A stretch of 53,527 nucleotides of DNA from a virus (Duplodnaviria > Caudoviricetes), in the IMG/VR virus record IMGVR_UViG_3300030012_000241, positions 1 to 53,527 of that record. One strand, written 5' to 3'. How positions within the stretch are numbered: the first letter of the stretch is position 1; each line of letters opens with the position of its first letter. Shown here piece by piece: positions 37,701 to 46,391 of the stretch. Position numbers and translations under genes: made by a program. The notes under the pieces were generated by a model. It was not told where the DNA came from. It ran no database searches and worked only from the letters and a program-made list of their open reading frames with translations.

Positions 37701-40525
37701 GTAGCATCTGTACCTGTACTAAATCCTGTTAATGCACTTCCAACATTTGCTGAGTCTGTAACATCAGCATTGGCTTCTATCCCATCTAATTTTGTGTGGT
37801 CTGCATCTGTAAATACATTTGAATCACTAGCACTATCTACTAATGTTCTAATTTCTGCTGCTGTTTGGTCTTGTGTAGCACCAGCTTCTATGTTGTCGAG
37901 TTTACTATGGTCATCATCTGTAAACACATTTGAGTTTGTTGCTGCCTCAACTAATGTTCTAATCTCGGCTGCTGTTTGGTCTGCTGTAGCACCACTCTCA
38001 ACTGAATCAAGTTTTGTTTCTTGAGCATCAGTCATTAATCTCTTATCGGATGCATCAGTAAAATTAGTTGTACTAAATGTTGGAGATGCTCCACTTATTA
38101 CTGACTGGTCTAATGCTTTTACATCTGCAATACTTGCAAGTTCACTATCCATTAATGCACCTGCACTTGTTACATTATCAGTATCTGTTACATCAGCATT
38201 AGCTTCTATACCATCTAACTTACTATGGTCAGCAGATTCAAAAGGAACTGAAGCTGTACCGTTAATAGTTAATGCATCTGTTTCTAATGTTCCATCAATA
38301 TCTACATTACCTGATATATCTAAACTTGGAGAAACAATTTCATGTGAAAACACAAAGTTATCATTAGCTGCACTCCAGGCTATAGTTGCATCTGTTGAAG
38401 CATTAACTGCATCTTGAATTGTAATACCTGCACCATCTGCTGAACCTGACGTATCTCCTGAACCTTTGTTAAGTGTTATGTTTTGGTCTTCAACATCTAA
38501 GGTTGCAGTATTAAGTGTTGTGGTGCTTCCATTTACAGTTAGATTTCCTCCTATGGTAGCATTACCTGTAGTTGTAACTGTAGCAAAGTTTACATCTGAA
38601 TCTGTTTCTACTGCTTGTCCGATAGCTATTGTAGGTGTAGCACCTTCGCCTGAGTTATTACTTAAAGTAACACCAGTTCCTGCTACAAGACTATCAACAT
38701 AGTCTCCTGTTGTATCTGTACTTAGAGCAACTGCATTAGCTACTATTGTTGCATTTAATGTACCATTAGCTAAATCTGAAATAGTTACATTACCAGATAA
38801 ATCTCCACCTAATGTAATTGTAAAATCATCTACATTAAAATCTAAAGTTCCATCACCATCTTGATAAGTTACACTAATACCACTTTCAGTATTAGAAGAA
38901 ACCATAGCACCTACGATGTCTTGTACTCTTTCTGTTGTGTGATATAAATTACTTGAACCTTCTGACAGGTCATCTGTTGTGGCTGCTGCTATTCTTGCAT
39001 CTGCTCTAGCATTTGTAAAATATAAATTAGAGCTACCTTCACTAACACTATCAGTATCAAAAGATATGTTTGCAGTACCGTCAAAAGAAGTACCGTTTAT
39101 TGTTCTTGCTGTTTCTAATGCTGTGGCTGTGGCTGCATTTCCTGTTGTGTCTTGGTTTAGTGTTCCAATAGTAAAGTCTAAAGTACCATCGCCATCTTGA
39201 TATGCTACAGTAATACCACTCTCAGTATTACCAGATACCATAGCACCTACTATGTCTTGTATTCTTTCTGCATTTAGAGTTACATCACCTGAAGAAACTG
39301 TAAAGTCAGTACCATCAAAAGTAGCAACACCAGCATTTGTTTCTGTGGCTAGTTCACCTGTAATTGTAATTGTATTACCAGAACCTGAAGTATCTATACC
39401 TTCTCCACCTGCAATAGTTAATGTTTCACTATCTAGGTCTATTGCAACTGTACCACTATCAGTAGTAGCATCTAAATCTTGAGCTGTTACTTGAGCATCA
39501 ACATAAGTCTTAATAGCTTTAGCTGAAGCAAGTGTTGTGTCTGTTCCTGCTACGGAAGATATATCTGTATCTAAAACTCCAGACTTAAGATTGTCTACTT
39601 CTATATTAGATAACGTATTGTTATCTACATCTATTGTTTTGTTTGTTAAAGTTTGTGAACCTGTTAAAGTTGCTACAGTAGAATCAATAGCAACTGTTAA
39701 TGTATTACCAGAACCTGCTGTATCAATACCTGTACCACCAGCTATATCAAGAGTTTCACTATCTAAATCAATAGATAATGCTCCACCTGAATCACCTTGG
39801 AAGTCTAAGTCTTGTGCTGTTAGTTGTGCATCAACATAAGCTTTAATAGATTGTTGAGTTGCTAAAGCAGTAGCACTATTTGAAGTTAGTCCATCTTCAT
39901 CAAGAATACTTGTAACAGTTTCACCACTACCTAATACTAAGCTATCAATATTAGCAGTACCATCAATAAATAAATTTCTCCACTCTTGGGTTGTTGAACC
40001 TAAGTCATACGTATCGTCATCGTCTGGTATAATACTAGAATCTACATCTGCACCAAAAACAACATTGTCTGATGATGCATCTCCTAATGTTAATGTTCCT
40101 CCATTTAATGTAGTAGTACCTGTAACAGTTAGATTTCCTCCTACAGAAACATTACTTGTTGTAGTTATTGTATCTATATAAGCATCTTTGAATCGTAAAG
40201 CACTTGTACCTAGGTCAATGTCGCTATCTGTGACAGGAGCAATAACTCCATTGCCTATATATAATTGCTGTACTGAACTGCTTGAATCATCTATCCAAAA
40301 TTCAATATGGTCATTAGTTGTATCTATTAATACTTTATTAAGAGGTGTGACTACCCCTGCATCTCCAATAACACCTATGACTGGGCCTTCGGCTGCTGTG
40401 CCGTCATGCTTGTGTCCTGTTTGGTTATGAAAAGCATTTGCTATAGCATTATATTCATTATTGAATATTGCTGCTGTGATGGTATCGCCATCTGAAAACG
40501 TACTTTGTCGTGTATATCCTGCCAT
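34772..40525 (-). CDS. Collagen-like long tail fibre with C-terminal intramolecular chaperone (peptidase S74-like)
   Basis: Anchor GHKHDGT, internal repeats, two long Gly-X-Y tracts, YSDARLK autocleavage motif. Confidence 0.92.
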   Translation of the reverse strand: MAGYTRQSTFSDGDTITAAIFNNEYNAIANAFHNQTGHKHDGTAAEGPVIGVIGDAGVVTPLNKVLIDTTNDHIEFWIDDSSSSVQQLYIGNGVIAPVTDSDIDLGTSALRFKDAYIDTITTTSNVSVGGNLTVTGTTTLNGGTLTLGDASSDNVVFGADVDSSIIPDDDDTYDLGSTTQEWRNLFIDGTANIDSLVLGSGETVTSILDEDGLTSNSATALATQQSIKAYVDAQLTAQDLDFQGDSGGALSIDLDSETLDIAGGTGIDTAGSGNTLTVAIDSTVATLTGSQTLTNKTIDVDNNTLSNIEVDNLKSGVLDTDISSVAGTDTTLASAKAIKTYVDAQVTAQDLDATTDSGTVAIDLDSETLTIAGGEGIDTSGSGNTITITGELATETNAGVATFDGTDFTVSSGDVTLNAERIQDIVGAMVSGNTESGITVAYQDGDGTLDFTIGTLNQDTTGNAATATALETARTINGTSFDGTANISFDTDSVSEGSSNLYFTNARADARIAAATTDDLSEGSSNLYHTTERVQDIVGAMVSSNTESGISVTYQDGDGTLDFNVDDFTITLGGDLSGNVTISDLANGTLNATIVANAVALSTDTTGDYVDSLVAGTGVTLSNNSGEGATPTIAIGQAVETDSDVNFATVTTTGNATIGGNLTVNGSTTTLNTATLDVEDQNITLNKGSGDTSGSADGAGITIQDAVNASTDATIAWSAANDNFVFSHEIVSPSLDISGNVDIDGTLETDALTINGTASVPFESADHSKLDGIEANADVTDTDNVTSAGALMDSELASIADVKALDQSVISGASPTFSTTNFTDASDKRLMTDAQETKLDSVESGATADQTAAEIRTLVEAATNSNVFTDDDHSKLDNIEAGATQDQTAAEIRTLVDSASDSNVFTDADHTKLDGIEANADVTDSANVGSALTGFSTGTDATSTDLIAYYDVSASAWEKGTIEDVALQGSKGQKGEGGVLGSKGQKGEVGVTGDKGQKGETGAKGDKGQKGQVGATGNAGSDGDKGQKGEVGDKGQKGEVGATGNDGNDGSKGQKGEVGASGSNGSNGAKGQKGQKGEVGATGDKGQKGEAGVDGAASDGTKGQKGSKGEVGATGSKGQKGEVGNTGATGDDGSDGSKGQKGEVGATGNNGSDGSKGQKGEVGATGSKGDKGQKGQTGNTGAAGNDGSDGSKGEKGQKGTTGDTGSTGSKGQKGEVGATGSKGQKGEKGQKGVKGQEGNFGGQTFAYDFDTGTSDADPGNGELRLNNGTVSSANIMYIDDQDSGGTDIQSYLRTIDDSDSTIKGHVRISNKLDASDFALFTISGSITEASGYFKVPVGYVSGSASSFSNGEDLIVTFARTGDQGDKGQKGETGATGSKGQKGEVGSTGSTGDKGQKGEVGGTGSTGSKGEKGQKGQTGATGGDGNDGNDGSKGQKGEAGSNGSNGSKGQKGEVGGTGGTGSKGEKGQKGAAGSNGSDGDDGNDGAKGQKGEVGGTGGTGSKGQKGEVGGTGGTGSKGQKGEVGAAGGDGNDGSKGQKGAAGNNGNNGTNGDKGQKGAAGSDGSDGSKGQKGDTGGAGSKGQKGAAGNNGDDGNDGSKGQKGDTGSKGQKGAGGSDGDDGNDGSKGQKGEQGNSVTGSKGQKGEASTVAGSKGEKGQKGAASTVAGAKGQKGEVGQKGQKGAASTVAGDKGQKGEVGQKGQQGDDNSTKGQKGEVGQKGQQGDDNSTKGQKGEPSTVKGQKGEKGQKGQKGDKGQKGQKGEAGGFTDDSDAEVNSLAVNASTSSIGNGEIRAGGNITAFYSDARLKDFEGTIPNALEKVLALSGYYFRENEVAKQLGYENDERQVGVSAQEVQDVLPEVVTTAPIDEKYLTVWYDKLVPLLIEAIKELAEDSHPPKGLGDMEGYEELIARIEELENNG
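35237..36445 (-). repeat. Collagen Gly-X-Y tract 2 (~400 aa, few interruptions)
   Basis: GSK-GQK-GEV type triplets. Confidence 0.95.
36800..37621 (-). repeat. Collagen Gly-X-Y tract 1 (~270 aa)
   Basis: GSK/GDK-GQK-GEV-GAT triplets. Confidence 0.95.
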
Positions 40526-40528
40526 GTT

Positions 40529-42154
40529 TTATCTCCTGCCTGAAGGTACGTAGTCTACAAAAAATCCATTTACTGTGTATGGAGACTTTGTATCGTCACT
40601 TCTAATTCTGAACATATTACTATGTCCACTCCCTTGTAGTTGTTGTCTTACTAATGGTTTCTCTGAAGCACCAAAAACTGCTCCAATACCAAATGTTGCT
40701 TCTCCAAATAAAGATGGAGGTGGTATTCTATCTAATATATAATCTGCTGGCTGAGGATGATTAGGGTCATCATAATTATATCTAACTCTTAATACTGGAG
40801 TTACTTCACCCTCTGGGCCAAATGATATTTTTATAAAATGTAAAGTCTTTAATGTACCTAAATCTCCATAATCAATGTTTGGAGTTTCGTATTCAGCTAT
40901 TACATTTGCACCATTAAAACTATTTCCTTCATCATGTTTGAAAACTCTTCCTTCCAAATCTCCATGGAAATATTTTTCTAGTCCGTTATTATCAAAACCT
41001 GCTGTTATTGCAGGACATTGAATACCTAATGTTTCTGACCATTGAAATCCTGCATTTGGATTAGCAGTAGAACCTGGTCTTAATGTTCCTATAATTCCTT
41101 TAGAACTTGATGTAGTGTCTGAACCTGCATCTACATAAAATAATCTATACTGAGACCTATCACCTATAACTACACTACTGATAGTAAATGAGTTAATTCT
41201 TTCTGCTATCTTTTGTACTAACGGCTGTATTTGTTTACTAATACTACTTAACTCAATATCACCAATTCTTGATGTACCTGCAACTGTTCTGAAACCATCT
41301 GGTGCTAAAAATATCAAATCACCAGCAATCTCCTGTATGCTTTGTCCGTCTAGACAACCAACGTTATCTGTAACAGGCACTATAGCTATCGAACTTGAAT
41401 CATTTATATTTACTAGTTTGTGAATACTCTCTCTACAAAATATAAATAATTCATTACGGAAGCTTTTTATTCCAACTACAGCATCCTCTAAAGATATATT
41501 ACCTGCCGTAGCTGCACTAAAGTTGTTGACTTCATTGACTCCACTAAAAAAGATAGTGTTCTTTTGACTAGAATCACCAGCAACAACAAAGTGTTTATCG
41601 TGGATTGTTCCTACTTTGGGAGCTACAGTTCCACTTACTGTAATCTCCTCTGTTATAAAAGTTCTACTTGTTAGAACTCCTGTTCCTTCCATTCTAAATC
41701 TGAATGGTTTATTAGCTCCGTCTACTATTAAGACATCACCAAAATCACTAGCACCTTCAAAGACATCAAACGTACATTGTCCTTGATTAGTTCTAGCTAG
41801 TGTGCTTCTTCCTATAAAGGTAGTGTAGTTATCTCCACTAGAAGAAACTCCTGTTCTATTTATTTGTAGCCAGCTAGTTCCGTCTTGGCTAAAAAATATC
41901 CCATCTCCTGCACAAGCTATGACTCCATCTGCATAAACTTGTAATCCTAATATTTTATTTGTGCCGTTAGGATTAACAGCATCATCTCCACCAAATCTAG
42001 TAAAGCCACTTACACGTCTATAACCACCCTCAGTACCTACTTCAAAGTTTCTAAGCTTTGTAGCAAAACCTGGAGTTCTTAATAAAGCTAACGAGTTTGT
42101 AGATTTTATTAATCCACCTTCGCAAGCTACTGTAAACGGTTGTGAGTTTGCCAT
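40529..42154 (-). CDS. Tail nozzle / tubular protein B-like
   Basis: GGL...LRNFE....GGYRR..G; beta-propeller-like; position after the adaptor. Confidence 0.75.
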   Translation of the reverse strand: MANSQPFTVACEGGLIKSTNSLALLRTPGFATKLRNFEVGTEGGYRRVSGFTRFGGDDAVNPNGTNKILGLQVYADGVIACAGDGIFFSQDGTSWLQINRTGVSSSGDNYTTFIGRSTLARTNQGQCTFDVFEGASDFGDVLIVDGANKPFRFRMEGTGVLTSRTFITEEITVSGTVAPKVGTIHDKHFVVAGDSSQKNTIFFSGVNEVNNFSAATAGNISLEDAVVGIKSFRNELFIFCRESIHKLVNINDSSSIAIVPVTDNVGCLDGQSIQEIAGDLIFLAPDGFRTVAGTSRIGDIELSSISKQIQPLVQKIAERINSFTISSVVIGDRSQYRLFYVDAGSDTTSSSKGIIGTLRPGSTANPNAGFQWSETLGIQCPAITAGFDNNGLEKYFHGDLEGRVFKHDEGNSFNGANVIAEYETPNIDYGDLGTLKTLHFIKISFGPEGEVTPVLRVRYNYDDPNHPQPADYILDRIPPPSLFGEATFGIGAVFGASEKPLVRQQLQGSGHSNMFRIRSDDTKSPYTVNGFFVDYVPSGRR

Positions 42155-42921
42155 TAAAAGTAAATCCTATCATCAGTAATATACTTAGGCTGTGGATTTA
42201 AAAGGTTCTTTTTCATATTTCTCATTCCCTTTTTAAAATCTTCCAAAGCAAAAGCTGCCTGTTGAGGACTGTCTTTAAACTGCCAAACGTAGTATCTAGT
42301 TCTAGCTGTAATTACATTTGAGTATTGGTCTGGAAAAGCTATAGTGTCTCCATGTGCTGATAAAGCTGTTGGCTTTTCATAAGCATAGAAGTGAACATTA
42401 TAAACTTTGTCAGGTATTGGACTTAGACCAAACTTTCTATTATCTGGACTTCTATATACCCTTGCTGGTTCACCACGTGCTTGAGTATCAGCATCGTCTA
42501 AATTTTCTTGGTCTCTATAATATCTAGTCCATTCATCTAAAGTTATATACTTTAATCCTTTAGATACAAATGGAGCAGATTCTCCAGACACATTTACTGT
42601 TGTAATTAAAAAATCATCCCAATCTATTGAGGCATAATCTGTTGTTATATCTGAACTCCCAGCTTTCAACGTATACCATCTTTGTCCTGCCACAGTAGCT
42701 ACAGTTACATTCCCATAGAAAGGGTCTGTACCTCCACTAACTCCAGCACTAAAGAAAGGTAACTGAGGTTCTTCATTAGCAATATCAAAAATCGACTTGT
42801 TTATAGAATCTTTTACAAACTGTTGTAAACCTACAGCATCTGCAAAGTTAGCAGATGTTAAAGGTATTTCATTGAGTTCTCTTAATGCTTGGTTTGTTAA
42901 TTCTAAATATGTCGTAGCCAT
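42154..42921 (-). CDS. Head-tail adaptor / tubular protein A-like
   Basis: TYLELTN.ALRELNE; LSPIPDKVY.V.F. Confidence 0.75.
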   Translation of the reverse strand: MATTYLELTNQALRELNEIPLTSANFADAVGLQQFVKDSINKSIFDIANEEPQLPFFSAGVSGGTDPFYGNVTVATVAGQRWYTLKAGSSDITTDYASIDWDDFLITTVNVSGESAPFVSKGLKYITLDEWTRYYRDQENLDDADTQARGEPARVYRSPDNRKFGLSPIPDKVYNVHFYAYEKPTALSAHGDTIAFPDQYSNVITARTRYYVWQFKDSPQQAAFALEDFKKGMRNMKKNLLNPQPKYITDDRIYF

Positions 42922-43067
42922 TATTTTTTATGTACCTTTTGTATTGCAAAGTTAGCAGTCAAGCTTGCTCCTTTATGTTTCACAAACTTTCCTTTATGTT
43001 TCATTAACTTGTAACCACCTTTGGGTTGTTTCATCCAATGGTAGCCTTTGGGTGCTTTAACTTTCAT
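42921..43067 (-). CDS. Small basic protein, 48 aa (not in ORF track)
   Basis: MKVKAPKGYHWMK...QKVHKK*; coupled at both ends. Confidence 0.7.
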   Translation of the reverse strand: MKVKAPKGYHWMKQPKGGYKLMKHKGKFVKHKGASLTANFAIQKVHKK

Positions 43068-43258
43068 TAGTTAGGCATGCACTTTGGTGTGCCTTTGTAC
43101 TTAGGCTGAGTTCCTTCCATAGTGACTTCTCCACCATGGCCATACATCATTCTGCCACCCATACCTTTTTTCTGACGGTGCATCATTCCACCACCCATCA
43201 TTTTTTCTCGCATGACTTTTCCACCATGACCCATTTTCTTTTTTGTGTGATACGGCAT
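43067..43258 (-). CDS. Small Met/Gly/Lys-rich protein with repeated GG motif
   Basis: GGGAG SD; MGHGGKV, MMGGGMM, KGMGGRM, YGHGGEV. Confidence 0.7.
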   Translation of the reverse strand: MPYHTKKKMGHGGKVMREKMMGGGMMHRQKKGMGGRMMYGHGGEVTMEGTQPKYKGTPKCMPN

Positions 43259-43273
43259 TTGTTTCTCCCTTAA

Positions 43274-43304
43274 ATTAAAAGTGGAGGAGACCGTAGCCTC
43301 CCCC
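43274..43304 (-). terminator. Terminator after the major capsid gene
   Basis: GGGGGAGGC-UACG-GUCUCCUCC (cUACGg tetraloop) then ACUUUUAAU. Confidence 0.7.
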
Positions 43305-43313
43305 TAGTTGTTA

Positions 43314-44288
43314 TTAGTCAATAACGTAAAAAGCACTTACTAATGCTTCTGGTCTAAGAACTTTTGCTCCGTAGACATGAAGACCTCTCACGATGTCACC
43401 AAAAGAACTTGGGTCTCTGATAACTTCTGTTGAAAGGATTGTATTAGCAGTAGCTGTTGAACTGATATGTCCAGCTAACACTTTACCTGTTGCATTTGAT
43501 GTTGCAGCGATATTGTTAGATTTGTACATATCAAATCCTCTTAGTTTTCCACTTGATACTAAGCCATTTCTAATAGAACCTTGACCTGCATTGAAGTCAA
43601 CTGATAATAGCTTTGAACCAGATTTGCCTAGCTCTTCATAGAAGTCTGGGCTTGCGACAAACCATCTACCTTCTTCAGGTACATTTTGGTCGTCTAATTT
43701 TCTAGCTAGTCTAGCCATTAAGTCTAATGCATCAACACCAGTTCCGTCTGAACCTAATAGGTCGACTGAATTGGTTGCATGTGACAATGTAGAATCTGCT
43801 GTTGCACTATCAGAACCAATAATATGGTCTGGGCTTGAAGCTGATACACCAGAGAACATAGATGCTATAACAGCAGCATCGTATGAATCTTTTAGAGCAT
43901 AAGCTGCACTTGAAGATGCAACTTCCTTGAAGTTTACATGTGACATGTTAGTTTCAATATCATCTACGATGAATTTGAAAGCTTTAGCACTATCAACAAC
44001 GAGGTTTAACTCTTGGTCTGTCAACTTAGTAGCAGATGTGTCTGAACCTCTAGTATAGTCTGATACTGAGATTACAGGCTCTTTGATAATCTTTACTGAG
44101 TCTCCATAAGCAGATATTTCACCAGCATAGTCGGTGTTTGTAATAGCTTCTACCACACTCGCTTTTCTGAAAAAGTTTAAAACCTTTCTAGAGTAAACGG
44201 AAGGTAAGAAATAACTATTAGCTTGTCCACTTACGGAGTTAGCAAAGTTAGCATCGGTATCGGTTGAAGGCTCAAAATATTGTGCCAT
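43314..44288 (-). CDS. Major capsid protein
   Basis: FLP.VYSRKV..FFR.ASVVE.ITNTDY.GEI, F.VDDIE, FGDIVRGLHVYG.KVLRPEAL; AAGGAG SD. Confidence 0.9.
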   Translation of the reverse strand: MAQYFEPSTDTDANFANSVSGQANSYFLPSVYSRKVLNFFRKASVVEAITNTDYAGEISAYGDSVKIIKEPVISVSDYTRGSDTSATKLTDQELNLVVDSAKAFKFIVDDIETNMSHVNFKEVASSSAAYALKDSYDAAVIASMFSGVSASSPDHIIGSDSATADSTLSHATNSVDLLGSDGTGVDALDLMARLARKLDDQNVPEEGRWFVASPDFYEELGKSGSKLLSVDFNAGQGSIRNGLVSSGKLRGFDMYKSNNIAATSNATGKVLAGHISSTATANTILSTEVIRDPSSFGDIVRGLHVYGAKVLRPEALVSAFYVID

Positions 44289-44315
44289 GATACTTACTCC
44301 TTTAAGTTAATATAG

Positions 44316-45206
44316 TTAATCTCTGATAATTCTACCTTGTTGCATGGCCTCTGATATTTCCTTTTCGTATTTATCAAATTCATCCATGCTCATGGCATTT
44401 ATCTCCTTTTCTGTCCATACTCTCTCCTGCTTAGGGTCAACTGTTGTTGTTTTAGTTGATACCATATCGGCAGCAGATTGAACAGGCTTTTGAGAAACTG
44501 GCTTTACACTTGGAAGTTCTATGCCTAAATCCTTTTTAAATAAATCCAAAGCTCTTGATGCTAAGTCTGCATCTTCAGCATTGTTATAAATCCAATCCTG
44601 GATAGACTGAGGTTGTTCTTTAGCCCAATTATGAAAATCATCACTATTGCGAATATCATCAAAGTCAGGATGTCTTTCTCTCAATCTTCTTTCAGCCTCA
44701 CCTTTCTTCATCTTAATTTCATTCCCTCTCATGTCTGCAATGATTTGTTCTAAATCTTGAACTCTCTCATTACTTTGTAAGTGAGCTACAGTTTCTGCAA
44801 CTGCATAAAAATCAGGATGTTCCTGTTTAAACTTTTCAAGTTCTTCTAAAGACTTTGGAGGTTGATACTGAGCTTTCGCTTCTTGTCTCAACTCTTGTTC
44901 TCTAGCTTTGAACTCTTCGAGTTTAGAGTCATAATGTCTTTTTAGGTCATCATAACGTTTTTTATAGTCAGGCTTCTGATAAGGAGTATCTGTTGATAAC
45001 TCCTGTTTCTTAGATTCTAACTCCTCAGTATTAACATTCTCAGCTTGAGTTATGTCGTTACTGTCGAATAGTCTATTCTGAGGTTCTTCAAAGAATAAAC
45101 TATCATCTGCTGAGACAAACTTTTTGTCATCAGGTTTATGCCAAGGTTTTTTTTGGTTATAAGGATTGGCTTGTTCCTCATTTTGTGCGACTTGATTGTC
45201 TGCCAT
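44316..45206 (-). CDS. Capsid scaffolding protein
   Basis: YKKRYDDLKRHY, HPDF, C-terminal EI..AM..GRI; directly upstream of MCP. Confidence 0.8.
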   Translation of the reverse strand: MADNQVAQNEEQANPYNQKKPWHKPDDKKFVSADDSLFFEEPQNRLFDSNDITQAENVNTEELESKKQELSTDTPYQKPDYKKRYDDLKRHYDSKLEEFKAREQELRQEAKAQYQPPKSLEELEKFKQEHPDFYAVAETVAHLQSNERVQDLEQIIADMRGNEIKMKKGEAERRLRERHPDFDDIRNSDDFHNWAKEQPQSIQDWIYNNAEDADLASRALDLFKKDLGIELPSVKPVSQKPVQSAADMVSTKTTTVDPKQERVWTEKEINAMSMDEFDKYEKEISEAMQQGRIIRD

Positions 45207-45220
45207 TTTTCTCTCCTTAC

Positions 45221-45323
45221 TCAGGGCTTCGTTACAAGGTAGCTCTTTGTCGACAAGAGGGCTTGTTGTAAAGGTAGCCTTTCTGGTGTTTATGTAGGGG
45301 CTATCGAATGATAGGTAGCCTAC
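45221..45323 (-). promoter_or_regulatory. Structured leader with three copies of a CUAC/CC internal loop
   Basis: GUAGG-CUAC-CUAUC-loop-GAUAG-CC-CCUAC plus two nested copies, ending at the scaffold SD. Confidence 0.6.
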
Positions 45324-45329
45324 GGTTTA

Positions 45330-45986
45330 TTATCGAATGGGAATACCACCTGAAATCATTTCATCAGCGATTCTCTTTTCAGTATCTTCTACTTCTGCTC
45401 TGTTCAGGTCATAAGTTCTTTTGGCATCAGTTGAGCCAATAGTTTCTTCACGGACATCATCCATCATATAGTTAGTCCCATTCCTTCTTGCTTGTCTTTC
45501 CATCAAACCATCTGCTCTCATCTCAGCTTCTTCCATCATATTCTGAAGTTTGTCAGCTCCGAGTTCTTTAGTTGCTTTGGCAGTAAAGACAAACTCTCCA
45601 TCCGATAACCTCGCAGGTATCGAATCGGAGACTCCTGAACCAGGGCCTTCTACAGCTCCTGACCCAGCAAATTCTGTTGCGACTTCCATAACCTTATCAA
45701 ATATTTGGCTAAGTCTGTCGTCTTGTTCTAGTTTTTCTAATAAGTATTTTTCTTCACTTTCGGATAAAGATTCTTCTACAACAAAGTCTAGATAATCGTT
45801 TTCCATTTCTTCGTCAGATTTCATAGGTTCTGCTTCTTCCATCTCTTGTTTAGGTGCAATCATTATAGCTACACCTCCATCTTCAAAACCCATTCTTTTA
45901 ACTACTTCAGGTGCTTCTTTAGCAAGCTTTTGTAGTCCTTCGTTAGGTAAATCTTTTATTTCGTCTGGTGATAAAATACTTGCCAT
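45330..45986 (-). CDS. Head-module protein with GPG..SDSIPARLSDGEFV domain
   Basis: Motif familiar from tape-measure/virion proteins; lies between portal and scaffold. Confidence 0.7.
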   Translation of the reverse strand: MASILSPDEIKDLPNEGLQKLAKEAPEVVKRMGFEDGGVAIMIAPKQEMEEAEPMKSDEEMENDYLDFVVEESLSESEEKYLLEKLEQDDRLSQIFDKVMEVATEFAGSGAVEGPGSGVSDSIPARLSDGEFVFTAKATKELGADKLQNMMEEAEMRADGLMERQARRNGTNYMMDDVREETIGSTDAKRTYDLNRAEVEDTEKRIADEMISGGIPIR

Positions 45987-45987
45987 C

Positions 45988-46164
45988 TTATTTCTCCTTG
46001 GCTCTACCTATATTTAGGGCAAACCAATCAATAACTTTGTAAGCTTTGCTTACTAAATTGTCATCATGTGGAGTAGGTGTTAAAGCTGCAATCATTGAAC
46101 AGATTGAAACTATCCATGGAACTACTCCAACTATTTTTAAAATTGTATCTAATAAATCTAACAT
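45988..46164 (-). CDS. Small membrane protein, 58 aa (holin-like; not in ORF track)
   Basis: MLDLLDTILKIVGVVPWIVSICSMIAALTPTPHDD...; GAGGAG SD. Confidence 0.7.
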   Translation of the reverse strand: MLDLLDTILKIVGVVPWIVSICSMIAALTPTPHDDNLVSKAYKVIDWFALNIGRAKEK

Positions 46165-46391
46165 TATTGTTCTCCTCTAGTTAATGCTTCTTTTATTTTG
46201 TCTGGTAAACTTTCTAAGCTATCCAGCAAATTCATCTTCCCCTGGAGTCGGTACATTGCCTGTTCCGATTGTGCCACCACCAGTTCCTTGACTATCAAGG
46301 CCTGCTGGCTCTTGAGGTACTCCTGGAATCCCTCCCATTGGGGATGGTTGACCAAGGGGTTGAGTTTCTTCGCTAACGTTTTGTCCAGCAT
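46164..46391 (-). CDS. Small portal-adjacent protein overprinted on the portal 3' end
   Basis: AGGA SD; helical LVN.PQW...YRLQGK; TAATG-coupled downstream. Confidence 0.65.
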   Translation of the reverse strand: MLDKTLAKKLNPLVNHPQWEGFQEYLKSQQALIVKELVVAQSEQAMYRLQGKMNLLDSLESLPDKIKEALTRGEQ

